A stretch of DNA of 64,000 nucleotides from a plasmid, in the sequence record NZ_CP069678.1; one strand, 5' to 3'. Below are positions 53,337 to 64,000 of this stretch, piece after piece. Numbering within the stretch: the stretch's first letter is position 1; every line of letters begins with the position of its first letter. The notes under the pieces were generated by a model, which did not search any database, was not told where the DNA came from, and was given only the letters and a program-made list of their open reading frames with translations. Both the position numbers and the translations under genes were made by a program.

Positions 53337-56300
53337 TCAGTCTCCGCCCAGGGTTTTCTCTTTCTGCAGGTCACGAACCATATCCCGCTCCATCTGCTGC
53401 AGTCGCTCCTGCAGCAGATTTTCCCGGGCAACCTCCCGGACCGCTTCCCGCACCCGTTGTGGTTCACGCAGTACACTCTCCGGCAGCGCGGCTTCCCGTT
53501 CAGATATGGCAGACCGGTCACGCTCCAGCCCGGCAATATCCCTGACAGCCTGCTCTGTTTTGCCGTCCGGCAGGTCAGGTTTGTTCTCTGCCATTTTACG
53601 GACAATTTCATCCGCACGGCGTTCCGTTTCACGGCGGATGGCCTCTTCAGCCTGCCGCTGTGCCAGTACCTCTGCCGTGACCGGTTCGCCATTTCCGGCT
53701 CCCGGCTGAACGCTGTTGTCCGGGATATCCCCCCACACGCGACCACCGGTGATGGTTCTGGGATTCCACGGACGACCTTCACCGGCGATTCTTACCACCA
53801 CACCGCTGTCAGGATTATCACGGGCAATCCGGACACCATCCTGCATATTATCAGCCAGCAGGCTCTCTCCGTTACGGCTGCCCTGCAGGGCCACGAACTG
53901 CGCATCCCCGCTGCCTTTCACCCGGCCTTCACCACTGAAGCCCCGCAGCCCGTTTCCGTCATCCGTGGTCAGCGGGTTCAGCCAGATACCAGCTGACTTG
54001 CCGTTACGGTCAAAAGCCGGCAGTGCCACATACGGCTGCGGATATTTGCGCCCGGGTGCAATAAACCGTGCAGGACTGTCTCCCCCGGCCAGCCCTGCCT
54101 GACGGAGAACGGCACGGCCGGCCACCACGTCCCGCAGCTCCCGCGCCGTACTGAACAGCCGCTCTGCATTCATGACCTCCCGGTCCGATTTCGGCTCTAG
54201 CACATCGTGGGCAGTTCCTTTCTGTACGGCATTGTTGATGGCATCCGTCCAGCCCTGACGGTTATCGGTGTACACCTGCACATGCTGCTTCATACGCGAC
54301 AGGGCCACGTAGGCTGACTCAAAGCCGGCCATCAGTTTCCGGTTACCTTCCGTGCCTTCAAGCGCGATGGCAAAGGTTTCACTTGCCCCCTGCGCACCGT
54401 GGGCGGTGATGGCATAAGCCAGGTCAATATGTTGCTCTGCCCGCTCCTGACCTGGGCGAATCACCCGGATCTGCTGTCCGTCCGACAGCGTGACACTGTC
54501 ACCGGAAACCGCTGTCACCGTCCAGACGCTGTTGGCCACATAACCTCGCTCCCGGTCACTCTTCGTGAAGCGCATCCGGTCACCGGTTCCCACCCGGATG
54601 GTGTCCGGGGTGTACAGTGTGACGCCTTCAGCCACCGCCTCCCGGGGCGAAATCAGCCGCGTGTTACCTTCCGCATCCTCCAGGGTTATCAGCCCGTCAT
54701 CCTTGCTGATACCGGCAATCCGGTGATACACACTATCCACCAGGGCAAGGGCATCCGGGTTATTCTCCCAGGTGGAGAGACGACGCAGTTCTCCGTCACG
54801 TATATTCGCTGTGTTCAGGACAGGCACCATGACCTGCTCTTTGCCCAGCTCACCGGCCTTTTCCCGTGCATCATGAATCATGCTGTTCAGTACGCGCCGG
54901 TCCTCATTCAGGTGTGTGACAATCAGCGTCTGCTCCCGTGCTTCCGGTGTCCTGCCGGTATAGTCGCGGACAATGGCTTCATACAGTGTCATGGGGATAT
55001 CCGGGAAAGCCTCGCCTTTCAGCATCGCCTTCTGCTGCGCTTCTGCCAGTTTCGCTTCCTGGCTGTGACTGAACTCCGTCACGGAGTGCTCCGGTGCCCA
55101 TGCGCCCTCCTGACGGGGAACCTGAGACGGTTTCACACTCTCAAGCCCGGACAGTGCCCTTTCCACATCCCGGTTAATCAGGCTGTATACCGCCTCCCGC
55201 AGTTCCGGCGTCTGACGCACAATCTCCTTCATGATGACCACATCGGCAGCACTGCGCGTCTGCTGGAGACGGAAAGGCTGACCGGGCGCGATGGCCTGCA
55301 ACTGGTCCGTGTCACCACTGGCCACGGCACGACCGCCACCGGCCGCAATCAGGGCGTATGCCCGTGCCATGTCGGTATTGCCCACCATAGAGCTCTCATC
55401 GAGCAGGAACAGCGTGTTGCTGAAATTCGGCGTTTCTCCGCTGCGCTGCAGCAGCTGCGTGTCATGCAGAAAGGACGCCAGCGTCTGTGCATCCACGCCG
55501 GCGCTGCGCATCTCACCGACCGCACGGTGCGTGGGCCCCAGCCCCACGACACGGGGACGTTCACTCTCCGGCAGCATGTTCACGGCTGACATCACCGCCC
55601 GGAACTGTGTGGTCTTACCCACACCGGCATAGCCCTGCACCACCGTGAAACGGTCGGACGTTTCCAGTATCATGCGGGTAGCGGCACGCTGTCCTGATGT
55701 CAGTTTCTCCATGAGTTCGCCAGGTACTCTCTCCATCAGTGGCGTGACCGCCTCCTTACCTTCGAGAATATGGCGAAGAATGCTCTTTTCTGCCTCATAC
55801 GACGCACGGGAAACCAGCAGGCCTGTGCCATAGCCTTTTGCCACATCCACATACAGTAAATCACCGCGTTTTATCTGCGCATTGATTTCCCCTCCCAGTT
55901 CAGTAAAACTGGTTCCTTCTGCAGCAAACGACTTCGCCTCTGTCAGCAGGTCCACCATGCTGAAGGCCAGGTTTTTACTTTCCACCACAGGAAGCGCCAG
56001 ATGAATAGCCTGCTGTGCCGGCGTGTGAAGCCCGGTTTTCTGCAGACTGATAGCGGTTTCCAGCAATGTCTCACCGGCACGCGCCTTTATCTGCTCAGAA
56101 ACCACCGTAAAGGAGGGATGGCGGGCAAGTTTTTCCGCAGTACGGGTTTCATCCAGTGAGGAATACAGCCGGACATCACGACCGCTGCGGGCCAGACCGT
56201 TCAGGGTGGCGTTGTCCATTGCCATCTGTGTGACGGAGGCAAAAACCTTCGCACTGTCGCTGACGGAATGCCCGGGCGTTTCCACCCAGCCGTTCTCCAG

Positions 56301-58607
56301 CTTCAGTGCCATGAATGGTGAATCGCTCACAGGCAGGGAGGCCGGTTCAGCCCGCCCCGGCACAACAACCGTCATCGCATCTTCACTGACGGATGCCACC
56401 TGCAGGCGGTCACCGCCGGAGACGCGGAGTCCGGGAATTTTCCCTGTCACCCTCAGTCGCTCGCCGTCTGCCACCGGCATTTTTTCCGGCCGGAACAGCG
56501 ACCAGCTGCTGTCCAGGGAGGAAATACGCACCACCTGCGTTTCATCCTGCGCATCCCGCAGGGTCAGGCTGTTACTCTGCGCCGTCACCCGGTCGATAAC
56601 ATAGCGGTCATGACTGCGTGTCTCCGGGTTCCACTGCTCCATCACCATCCCCGGACGGTACATATCCCGCAGATAACGGCTCCGGCTGTCCAGCCAGACC
56701 GGCGACAGGGCGGTCATGGTTACCTCCGGGCGTCCGAGCACGCCCTGTGTTTTCAGCTCACTGCGAATGGCCTGTGTCAGTATGGCCTGTTCCCGTACCC
56801 CGCTGACCTGTGCCACGCTCTCTTCTCCGGCTTTCACGCTGGCAGCAAAATCTCCTGCCAGCCGGGCATAGCGGACATTACGGTCCGGTTCACTGATGAT
56901 GGTGGCCGGCCGCTGTTCTCCCCCCTGCCAGCGATATGTGTTCACCCCGGCATCTTTCATGGCCATCAGTGCACTGCCTGTACCGGTTCGCTGCCCGCTG
57001 TCGGTTATCAGGACCTGTACGTTATGACGTGCGGCACCGTCCAGCAGGGTTAACGTCTCTTTCAGGGAGAGTTTTTCGCCCTGGTCAACGATAACAGTAT
57101 TGCCCGGCGTGAAGGCCATGCCCTCCTGCAGCTGACGACGTCCGGTTATCAGCTCACCGGACAGCCGTTCATCCTGCTTCAGGTTCATCTGCGAGCGACG
57201 GTCAGCGGCGATAATCTGCACCTCCCGCCCCTGCTCCCGGGCCATCATGACCAGCTCCGCCACCCGCTCACGCTGCCCGGCTGCACCGCCCTGCCCGGAC
57301 ACAATAGCCAGCGACGGGCGATCCTGTGCCAGAACACTGACCGCATCGCTGTAACCGGCCGTCCGGGGGACACTTTTCTCCGGATGTACGGTCACCCGGT
57401 TCTGTTTCATGATGTCACGACTGAGTGCCCGGACTGACAGCTCATCGAGCACATGAATCCCGGACGTGAACAGCCCCTTCTCACGATCGAGGGGGATAAG
57501 CTGCTCACGGCTGATGGCCTCATCGATACCGGCGCGTGCCCGTTCAATCACACCATTTTCCGGCGGCAGTATGCCGACCGTTCTGGCCAGCACGTCCGTG
57601 TACGTAAACTGCACTTTGCGTTCACTTAATCCGGCAATGGCCTGTGTCACCGCCTGCTGCACATCCGGCCCGTCCTGTGAAGCGGGTCCGGGCGTCTGCG
57701 TGCGGGTCTCCGCCCGTTGGTCCGCCGCGTCACGATACGCCCGGATGTCGAACCCGGTTTCCTTCAGCGTCTGCATCCATTCAGCCATTCTGACTTCAGG
57801 ATCGACGTGCTGTTTGGATTTTCGCGTATCCAGTGCCGCCACATCCCGGGATTTCAGCGAGGCGTCTTCCCCGACGGCCTCCCGGATAGCCTGTGAGCGT
57901 CCGGAGAAGGCCTCCACCGGTACGCCCGGCATCTCCCACATACCGTGCTTACCAACCACTTCCGTTTCATAGCCTAGCGCCTCAACCTGCTCTTTCAGTT
58001 TTTCCCGGTAGAGCCTGCCGAAGGCAATCTGATTAGCGTACACATTCTCAATGAACCCCGTTTTCCCCACTTTGTCACTGCTCAATGTCTTCCACTCGCC
58101 GTTATGCTGCGTGACATTGGCCACTACCGCATGTGTGTGTAACTGTGGTTCCTGATCGCGACTGGTGTCGTGGTTAAACAGTGCCATCACCAGATTACCG
58201 GTCAGCACCGTTTCTGACTGTCCGTCCGTCATAACCCGTGTGGAAGCCAGCGCCTCCACCTGACGGACAGCAAAATCCACGGCCTGGTTATGTGCATCAA
58301 TAAGACGTTTATCACCGCCTAACATGGCCATCACGGAGACACTTTTGGGGGCGGAGAAGGTCAGGTCGTAGCCGGGACGATGCTTATTACTGCCATCCTG
58401 CATGCGGCTTAAATCCGCTCCGTCCGGCAGCTTCCCCTCCAGAAGACGGGTAAAAACATCCTTATCGACGCTGCCCTGCAGCCCCAGCTGTTCAGCCCCC
58501 CTGCCGGCCCAGCGTTCTCCCATGCTGCCCAGCACATAGTAATTATCCTTGTCGGTATAATAGTTACCGGCACTTCCGGCCGATCTGACCTGCGCGATAC
58601 TCATCAT
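53337..58607 (-). CDS. traI: Relaxase/helicase TraI (1756 aa)
   Basis: MMSIAQVRSAGSAGNYYTDKDNYYVLGSMGERWAGRGAEQLGLQGSVDKDVF… with relaxase Tyr region and helicase Walker motifs. The ORF-track start is 7 codons upstream. Confidence 0.95.
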   Translation of the reverse strand: MMSIAQVRSAGSAGNYYTDKDNYYVLGSMGERWAGRGAEQLGLQGSVDKDVFTRLLEGKLPDGADLSRMQDGSNKHRPGYDLTFSAPKSVSVMAMLGGDKRLIDAHNQAVDFAVRQVEALASTRVMTDGQSETVLTGNLVMALFNHDTSRDQEPQLHTHAVVANVTQHNGEWKTLSSDKVGKTGFIENVYANQIAFGRLYREKLKEQVEALGYETEVVGKHGMWEMPGVPVEAFSGRSQAIREAVGEDASLKSRDVAALDTRKSKQHVDPEVRMAEWMQTLKETGFDIRAYRDAADQRAETRTQTPGPASQDGPDVQQAVTQAIAGLSERKVQFTYTDVLARTVGILPPENGVIERARAGIDEAISREQLIPLDREKGLFTSGIHVLDELSVRALSRDIMKQNRVTVHPEKSVPRTAGYSDAVSVLAQDRPSLAIVSGQGGAAGQRERVAELVMMAREQGREVQIIAADRRSQMNLKQDERLSGELITGRRQLQEGMAFTPGNTVIVDQGEKLSLKETLTLLDGAARHNVQVLITDSGQRTGTGSALMAMKDAGVNTYRWQGGEQRPATIISEPDRNVRYARLAGDFAASVKAGEESVAQVSGVREQAILTQAIRSELKTQGVLGRPEVTMTALSPVWLDSRSRYLRDMYRPGMVMEQWNPETRSHDRYVIDRVTAQSNSLTLRDAQDETQVVRISSLDSSWSLFRPEKMPVADGERLRVTGKIPGLRVSGGDRLQVASVSEDAMTVVVPGRAEPASLPVSDSPFMALKLENGWVETPGHSVSDSAKVFASVTQMAMDNATLNGLARSGRDVRLYSSLDETRTAEKLARHPSFTVVSEQIKARAGETLLETAISLQKTGLHTPAQQAIHLALPVVESKNLAFSMVDLLTEAKSFAAEGTSFTELGGEINAQIKRGDLLYVDVAKGYGTGLLVSRASYEAEKSILRHILEGKEAVTPLMERVPGELMEKLTSGQRAATRMILETSDRFTVVQGYAGVGKTTQFRAVMSAVNMLPESERPRVVGLGPTHRAVGEMRSAGVDAQTLASFLHDTQLLQRSGETPNFSNTLFLLDESSMVGNTDMARAYALIAAGGGRAVASGDTDQLQAIAPGQPFRLQQTRSAADVVIMKEIVRQTPELREAVYSLINRDVERALSGLESVKPSQVPRQEGAWAPEHSVTEFSHSQEAKLAEAQQKAMLKGEAFPDIPMTLYEAIVRDYTGRTPEAREQTLIVTHLNEDRRVLNSMIHDAREKAGELGKEQVMVPVLNTANIRDGELRRLSTWENNPDALALVDSVYHRIAGISKDDGLITLEDAEGNTRLISPREAVAEGVTLYTPDTIRVGTGDRMRFTKSDRERGYVANSVWTVTAVSGDSVTLSDGQQIRVIRPGQERAEQHIDLAYAITAHGAQGASETFAIALEGTEGNRKLMAGFESAYVALSRMKQHVQVYTDNRQGWTDAINNAVQKGTAHDVLEPKSDREVMNAERLFSTARELRDVVAGRAVLRQAGLAGGDSPARFIAPGRKYPQPYVALPAFDRNGKSAGIWLNPLTTDDGNGLRGFSGEGRVKGSGDAQFVALQGSRNGESLLADNMQDGVRIARDNPDSGVVVRIAGEGRPWNPRTITGGRVWGDIPDNSVQPGAGNGEPVTAEVLAQRQAEEAIRRETERRADEIVRKMAENKPDLPDGKTEQAVRDIAGLERDRSAISEREAALPESVLREPQRVREAVREVARENLLQERLQQMERDMVRDLQKEKTLGGD

Positions 58608-58688
58608 AAACGTATATCCCTTTGACATATCCCGGTATCAATCCCACAATGGATATACACAAGACATATCCACATAAGGAGGCAAATA

Positions 58689-58916
58689 ATGGAAACCACC
58701 GTATTTTTCAGCAACCGCAGCCAGGCGGTCAGACTGCCAAAAGCGGTTGCATTGCCGGAAAACGTAAAACGCGTTGAAGTGATTGCTGTCGGACGAACCA
58801 GAATCATTACGCCAGCCGGAGAGACATGGGACGAATGGTTCGACGGACACAACGTCAGCGCCGATTTTATGGATAACAGGGAACAGCCCGGCATGCAGGA
58901 AAGGGAGTCATTCTGA
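58689..58916 (+). CDS. vapB: VapB (VagC-like, AbrB/SpoVT-type) antitoxin, 75 aa
   Basis: METTVFFSNRSQAVRLPKAVALPENVKRVEVIAVGRTRIITPAGETWDEWF…. Overlaps vapC by 1 nt (ATGA). Confidence 0.85.
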   Translation: METTVFFSNRSQAVRLPKAVALPENVKRVEVIAVGRTRIITPAGETWDEWFDGHNVSADFMDNREQPGMQERESF

Positions 58917-59314
58917 TGCTGAAGTTTATGCTCGATACCAACATCTGCATTTTCACGATAAAGAACAAACCCGCCAGCGTCAGGGAGCGTTTTAACCTGA
59001 ACCAGGGGAGAATGTGTATCAGTTCGGTCACCCTGATGGAGCTGATATATGGTGCAGAAAAAAGCCAGATGCCTGAACGTAATCTCGCTGTGATCGAGGG
59101 ATTTGTTTCCCGCATTGATGTTCTGGATTACGACGCTGCCGCAGCCACACACAGCGGCCAGATAAGAGCAGAACTTGCCCGTCAGGGACGCCCTGTCGGG
59201 CCATTTGATCAAATGATCGCAGGTCATGCCCGCAGTCGGGGACTGATTATTGTGACTAATAACACCCGGGAATTTGAACGTGTGGACGGTCTGAGAATTG
59301 AAGACTGGAGCTGA
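58916..59314 (+). CDS. vapC: VapC (VagD-like) PIN-domain toxin, 132 aa
   Basis: MLKFMLDTNICIFTIKNKPASVRERF… with PIN acidic residues (D7, E43, D99, N118 region). Confidence 0.88.
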   Translation: MLKFMLDTNICIFTIKNKPASVRERFNLNQGRMCISSVTLMELIYGAEKSQMPERNLAVIEGFVSRIDVLDYDAAAATHSGQIRAELARQGRPVGPFDQMIAGHARSRGLIIVTNNTREFERVDGLRIEDWS

Positions 59315-59322
59315 CCTGTTCA

Positions 59323-61476
59323 TCAGAAATCATCTCCCGGCTCAACATCCTCCCCGCGCTCCCGGTGCACATTGATGTTCACCTCTTCACGACGCTGCAT
59401 CTTCTGCTGGATATCCGGATTCTGCTCCCGTTGCCATGCCTCATAAACGGCCATATCCACCACTTCACCGGATTCACTGATCCCGGGTGGCAGTTGCTGT
59501 TCCATCTCTTCTTCCGGTTTCATTTTCAGCTCCTGCTCGATCCCCCCTGCCGGAACATTCACACCTGCATCTGACTTCTTATCGTTGATGGCAGGAGACA
59601 CCGGCTGTTGCGGCTGTTCAGCCTGAGTCACGTCTTCTCCGGAAACAACCTCCGGGACATCCGGTTCGAAGAGGCTGGCCATCTGACGACCTTCTGCTTC
59701 CCTTGCGGCAAGTACGGCACTCAGACGGTTCTCCATTTCCGGGTTGATGTCACGCGGAATAAACTCCGGAGCGACCTTCGGTCGTGTCTGATATTTCAGG
59801 GAGAGTTTTACTGCCGGATACGGTCCGGGCAGGGTGACATAACAGGTCAGATCCGGCAGAGACTGAATGTCGGAATAACTGACCAGCGTCTGACGCTCCA
59901 TATCCTTACCGGTCGATACCCCGTCACGTACCGGATCAGCACCGTAGGAATACTGCTCGCTGGCTTTCAGGTGCTCTTTCTCACCAATTTCACCGGCAGC
60001 GAACTCTGCAATCTTATGGCTGGGAGAACGGAAAAAGGCACGGGTGTTCATGACGTCAAACAGCGTGGCAGCCGCTTTCTCACCGTAGATATCTTCCAGC
60101 TGGGCATAGGACTGGATACCAAACACATAACAGCCACCGAACTTACGGGCTTCCGGCAGGATCTCCACCAGATCCGGCAGTTTGTGTAACGTGGGTAACT
60201 CGTCACAGAAAAACCACACACGACGGTTACGGTTTTCTCCCATTGCCAGCAGACCACGAATAGCAATGGACAGCCACATGGAGATCACCGGCTTCAGGGA
60301 GGCATGGGTGTCGGCGTTCGACGAAATAAACAGCCAGCCGTTTTTCTGATCTTCCCGGACACCACGCATCCAGTCACGGATGGTGAAGGGCTCACCGTTA
60401 TGCTCAATCCCCTGCAGGTAACGGATGGCTTTCACGTAGTTGGTCAGCACAGCACGGATGGATATGGCCGTTTTCTCGATTTTCTCTTCCACCAGGTTGG
60501 CCGCCGGTGAATTACGCAGGAAGGTACGCAGCTTTTCAATTTTGATGGAAAGCAGTGTGTCCACCAGTTTGCTGTAGCTGCGGTTGGGGTCATTACGCAT
60601 CAGGTATGCCGCTTCCGCAAAAATGGTACGTCCTGAACCCTGCCAGAACGGGTCCTCTTTTGTCCCCATCGGGATCAGAGTATTTGCGGTATTATCAAAA
60701 TCTGGCTGTGTCAGGCACTCCTTCCACAAATCCCAGGCAGCACAGCGTGCATCCAGCGGATTCAGGATTTTATCGATGGAGGGATCATAGTAACTTTTAA
60801 CAAATTCCCCCGAACGGTCATAAATCACCACCATATCACCACGCTGACGGGCGTAGTTGGCCAGACGACGGATAACCTCCGACTTACCGGCCCCGACAGT
60901 GCCGTGCAGACAGAAGTTCTGGATTTCAGAATCCCGGATAATCGGCAGATCGCCAATCCGGATATCGGAATCCTTGCCATCTTTTTTCAGCATCCTGGCC
61001 ACCTCTTTCGGATTGTCAGTCAGCTGACGACCACCTGTGATTTCATTTTCGCTCTGTTGTTTACCCTGACGCCCCAGAATCCAGGAGACAACAAAGAAGG
61101 TGATCAGGCAGATAACCAGGGCCACGACAGACGCCAGAACGAATGCCGACCATAACTGCTCACCGCACCAGATCATATATTTATCATGCAGTACCTGAGC
61201 CGCGTTCATCCGGAAGGTTTTGCCGTAATACTGGATCTCATAGACCGGCTGGGACCTGATTAAATCCCGCATGCCTTCCAGCGTGGTGCACCACCAGTAA
61301 ATGCAGCCATTCACAAACGTCTGCCAGCTTATTTTTACCCATAAAACCAGACCAACTAGGATCCAGAAAAAAATAAACAGGCAGTAAAGTATGATATTGG
61401 CGATCTGACTGAACATGCGGATACGCATGGACGCAATCTGACCGCCCTGGGTCATATCCTTTGCGTTAAAACTCAT
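59323..61476 (-). CDS. traD: Type IV coupling protein TraD (717 aa)
   Basis: [45 protein letters not shown]… with Walker A (GTVGAGKS) and a C-terminal acidic/QQP tail. Confidence 0.95.
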   Translation of the reverse strand: MSFNAKDMTQGGQIASMRIRMFSQIANIILYCLFIFFWILVGLVLWVKISWQTFVNGCIYWWCTTLEGMRDLIRSQPVYEIQYYGKTFRMNAAQVLHDKYMIWCGEQLWSAFVLASVVALVICLITFFVVSWILGRQGKQQSENEITGGRQLTDNPKEVARMLKKDGKDSDIRIGDLPIIRDSEIQNFCLHGTVGAGKSEVIRRLANYARQRGDMVVIYDRSGEFVKSYYDPSIDKILNPLDARCAAWDLWKECLTQPDFDNTANTLIPMGTKEDPFWQGSGRTIFAEAAYLMRNDPNRSYSKLVDTLLSIKIEKLRTFLRNSPAANLVEEKIEKTAISIRAVLTNYVKAIRYLQGIEHNGEPFTIRDWMRGVREDQKNGWLFISSNADTHASLKPVISMWLSIAIRGLLAMGENRNRRVWFFCDELPTLHKLPDLVEILPEARKFGGCYVFGIQSYAQLEDIYGEKAAATLFDVMNTRAFFRSPSHKIAEFAAGEIGEKEHLKASEQYSYGADPVRDGVSTGKDMERQTLVSYSDIQSLPDLTCYVTLPGPYPAVKLSLKYQTRPKVAPEFIPRDINPEMENRLSAVLAAREAEGRQMASLFEPDVPEVVSGEDVTQAEQPQQPVSPAINDKKSDAGVNVPAGGIEQELKMKPEEEMEQQLPPGISESGEVVDMAVYEAWQREQNPDIQQKMQRREEVNINVHRERGEDVEPGDDF

Positions 61477-61624
61477 GATGATATTCTGAAGAAAGAAAGT
61501 CAGTCGGACTGATTATTAATGATGAAAAGATTAATAACCGTTAAATTCCGGCTTCGCCGGCAACACTTCACGGTCGCACAAAGAATTTGCACAACCGCTC
61601 AGTGTTTTCATATTTATTTCGGAA

Positions 61625-61670
61625 ACGCCGGGGAGAAATAAAATTTATTTTATTTCTCCCCGGGGTTGGA
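61625..61670 (-). terminator. Rho-independent terminator downstream of traT
   Basis: Perfect hairpin ggggagaaataaaat / attttatttctcccc with flanking T-runs, about 60 bp after the traT stop. Confidence 0.5.
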
Positions 61671-61728
61671 CAACGAGCAAAGCGAGGCGTCAGTCAGGAG
61701 GCCGGTCAGACCAGCCTCCGGAAGATAA

Positions 61729-62460
61729 TCAGAGAATATTTGCGATTGATTTGGCCAGCTGGTCTTCGAGAACAGGCTTCGCCTCTTCAAATTTCAGGTT
61801 AACCTTGTTCGCATTTGAGACCACACGGGTCTGGTATTTATGCTGGTTACCTGTTTCAGTACTGGTCTGAATTTTCGCACCTGATGTGCCCTGACGCAGG
61901 GCGGCAACATTATCCGTTGTCACCGTTGCCTTAGTACGCTCTGCAATCTGCACATCCGTGATCATGGTATAGTTCACATCTTCCACCATCGCATCTGCAG
62001 CCATACCCACCAGACCGGCAGCAAGGCCCACACCGAGTGTGGCACCGGCAGAATTGGAATTATATCCGGTGATACCGGCACCTAACGCTGCACCAACTGC
62101 TGCGCCTTCATAACCACGGTTCAGCCATCCCTGAGACTCCCGCAGATCCATCTTATCGGCCTTCAGCACATTCGCCTGAATCCAGTAGTAGGCTTTATCC
62201 GGAGAAGTCACCACCTGATACCCTTTTGCTTTCACAGCATCAGCAATTTTGCCCTGCAGCCCACTCATGTCTTTATCAGACGTGTTTTTGATCTGCAGAA
62301 ATACCGTGCGTTCGCTGGCGGGTTCAAGCCAGATGGTCTCACTCATCTGAGTCTTCACCTCAAGGTTACGCTTCTTGATTGCTGTGCTCATCGCACCACA
62401 CCCTGAAAGGGCCAGAGTGGAACTGACCAGTGTAACCATCATCAATTTTTTTGTTTTCAT
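61729..62460 (-). CDS. traT: Surface exclusion / serum resistance lipoprotein TraT (243 aa)
   Basis: [41 protein letters not shown]… lipobox LSGC. Confidence 0.93.
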   Translation of the reverse strand: MKTKKLMMVTLVSSTLALSGCGAMSTAIKKRNLEVKTQMSETIWLEPASERTVFLQIKNTSDKDMSGLQGKIADAVKAKGYQVVTSPDKAYYWIQANVLKADKMDLRESQGWLNRGYEGAAVGAALGAGITGYNSNSAGATLGVGLAAGLVGMAADAMVEDVNYTMITDVQIAERTKATVTTDNVAALRQGTSGAKIQTSTETGNQHKYQTRVVSNANKVNLKFEEAKPVLEDQLAKSIANIL

Positions 62461-62491
62461 CAAATTACCTTTTTTACAAACTACAGTTTTC

Positions 62492-62989
62492 TTATTGCCT
62501 GTCATAATAGTCCTGCCAACGAGTCCCAAAAGTATTTCCCGCTGAATCAAAGCCTCCATGCATAGGATATCCGGTTGAAGGGTTATAGTAGATCGTTGGG
62601 GTCTGTTCAATGCCCCCGAAGTCTAACTTTTCACTCCCATCATATTGGTCTTTGAGTTGATTTTGCCCCCATTTTTTTATGCTTATGCAACCACTAACTT
62701 GCCTTAATTCGTATAGTGTACCAATGATAAAAACCATCAGGCTTAATAACGGAGAGAGTAAGGAAGATACTGGCATCGTTATATACCAAACGCCTTTACT
62801 AAACTTAAACTCATCCGACACATCCCGTTTTTTTCGTATTTGAGAGAACAACCAGATAAACAGTCCCTGCCATAGCACTATGAAGAACAGCATAAAAACT
62901 GTTTCGGCATTCCCCCAATCAGCCAGATAACAGGCGATAAACTGTATCACTGTTACCAGAGCAATATGGGCTAAACATCTCATTATCAT
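62492..62989 (-). CDS. traS: Entry exclusion inner-membrane protein TraS (start codon uncertain)
   Basis: Hydrophobic ~150-165-aa ORF between traG and traT. Poorly conserved family, so called by position. Confidence 0.6.
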   Translation of the reverse strand: MIMRCLAHIALVTVIQFIACYLADWGNAETVFMLFFIVLWQGLFIWLFSQIRKKRDVSDEFKFSKGVWYITMPVSSLLSPLLSLMVFIIGTLYELRQVSGCISIKKWGQNQLKDQYDGSEKLDFGGIEQTPTIYYNPSTGYPMHGGFDSAGNTFGTRWQDYYDRQ

Positions 62990-63004
62990 CTCCCAAACAC
63001 AGTA

Positions 63005-64000
63005 TTATTGCTTATACTTATCCTGATACTCCTTTGCCCTTTTCATCAGTTCCTGTGGACTGTCAGCCCCGGGCATTCTTTCCTGAGCCGACTTTTCTTC
63101 ATTATATTTATTATTCTGAGATAATGCCTCTGTTTTATGGTGATTCTGCAGTTCAGAATACTGTCCTCTTACAATATTTTCCTCGCCACGTATGCTGTTC
63201 TGAGTATCACCTATATTCCCTTTATATTCTGTGACCATATTATCAACCTGATGTTTTACATCATTACGGATATTACTGTCCTGCGTTCTTTGCTCAATAA
63301 TGGCCTGATGTCCCTGATGGTCAGCAATAATATCCTGACTGCCTCCACCCGAAGGTACGCTCTCCATTCCTTTACCAATATCGCCACGGGATTCCCGCCA
63401 GGCATTATCAACACCAGGCTGTATCTGTTCCTGCACAAAAGACCAGGCCATTGCCCGACGGCGTTCTGCAATCTCCGGCGAACTGGTATTTGTCAGAATA
63501 GCTTCGGCATCCTGCGGTGCGTGTTTCATCACATACTGTGCAAACTGTTGCGACAAATCTTCGCTCATCTGCCCACTCATGCTTTCAGTACGGGATGCCA
63601 TTTCAGCATATTCATGGCTGCGGGTCATATTCGTCGTGTACTGGTCGTAACTCTGTTTCGCTGAATTCAGGGCTGCAGACAGTTGATCCACCCGGGAATC
63701 AGCATTATTGTCAGTATGGCTGCCGGATTCACTGACTTTGCGACTGGTAAAGTAATCGCTGGCCTCTTTAAAGTCCTTACTGGCTTTAGCGTCAATATCA
63801 TGACGAGCATCATAGCTGGCCCGTGAACCACTGCTGGCCTGATGCGCATCATCATCACTCCAGTCAATGCCAGCCCGACCACCACCTCTAACGCCTAATC
63901 CTCCACCAACACCAAGAATTTTAGGTTTAACCCCCCATTCAGCATGAGCATCTCCATACATCCCGGCAGAAGCTCTCGTACTTCTGGATGCCAGTTCCTG
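63005..64000 (-). CDS. traG: TraG (mating-pair stabilisation / pilus assembly), C-terminal part; 5' end beyond window
   Basis: Long open frame continuing to the window edge. Hydrophilic, Gln/Asp-rich C-terminal domain. Position upstream of traS and traT. Confidence 0.8.
   Translation of the reverse strand, partial: QELASRSTRASAGMYGDAHAEWGVKPKILGVGGGLGVRGGGRAGIDWSDDDAHQASSGSRASYDARHDIDAKASKDFKEASDYFTSRKVSESGSHTDNNADSRVDQLSAALNSAKQSYDQYTTNMTRSHEYAEMASRTESMSGQMSEDLSQQFAQYVMKHAPQDAEAILTNTSSPEIAERRRAMAWSFVQEQIQPGVDNAWRESRGDIGKGMESVPSGGGSQDIIADHQGHQAIIEQRTQDSNIRNDVKHQVDNMVTEYKGNIGDTQNSIRGEENIVRGQYSELQNHHKTEALSQNNKYNEEKSAQERMPGADSPQELMKRAKEYQDKYKQ

Noticed and set aside
54399-55589. 396-aa plus-strand ORF inside traI
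   Set aside because: Antisense to traI. The low-complexity translation is Arg/His/Gly rich, and no RBS or start context was examined that would support it.
63137-63664. 175-aa plus-strand ORF opposite traG
   Set aside because: Antisense to the traG coding region. The Ile/Leu/Phe-rich translation is typical of the complement of an acidic, Gln-rich coding strand.

Overview
This window is a segment of a large IncF (RepFIIA-type) ColV-like virulence and resistance plasmid from Enterobacteriaceae (E. coli-like). Its modules, in coordinate order, are:

(1) 1-6.8 kb: the 3' part of the salmochelin locus (iroC partial, iroD, iroE, divergent iroN).
(2) 7.6-8.7 kb: a plasmid-borne DAHP synthase.
(3) 8.7-10.3 kb: a decayed region holding a yacA/yacB-like antitoxin with a truncated ParE toxin, plus a 140-bp copy of the FII oriR-distal sequence.
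(4) 10.3-16.2 kb: the colicin V operons cvaA-cvaB and cvi-cvaC, with Fur boxes. An intact IS10 with a perfect 9-bp target duplication sits between the convergent cvaB and cvaC.
(5) 16.2-18.3 kb: a degraded three-gene cluster (frameshifted Gfo/Idh/MocA oxidoreductase, SemiSWEET, FMO-like monooxygenase) cut by an IS66-family element.
(6) 18.2-45.2 kb: a mosaic multiresistance region. Its parts are:
- a truncated IS66-family element;
- Tn2/Tn3 carrying blaTEM-1;
- merA-delta, merD, merE and urf2 with IRt and truncated tniA (Tn21/In2-like);
- IS26;
- a sul3 module and a class 1 integron (intI1, dfrA1, aadA1, then qacH, an IS440 fragment and sul3 in place of the usual 3'-CS);
- tnpM, res, tnpR and tnpA ending in a Tn1721-type IR;
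- tetR-tetA(A), pecM and a duplicated tnpA fragment;
- an inverted IS26 and an IS10 remnant.
(7) 45.3-49.6 kb: pemIK, a CPBP protease gene and the RepFIIA replicon (oriR, repA1, tap, copA, repA2). A truncated divergent repA1-like ORF sits between tap and repA1.
(8) 49.8-64 kb: srnB (hok family), finO, a hydrolase gene, and the distal tra operon genes traX, traI, traD, traT, traS and partial traG. A vapBC toxin-antitoxin pair lies between traD and traI.

No rRNA, tRNA or CRISPR arrays were seen. Most content is well known. The points most worth a second look are the repA1-like ORF in the copy-control leader, the FII-derived direct repeats flanking the roughly 36-kb cva and resistance segment, the degraded oxidoreductase/SemiSWEET/FMO cluster, the DAHP synthase next to iro, and the vapBC pair inside the tra operon.
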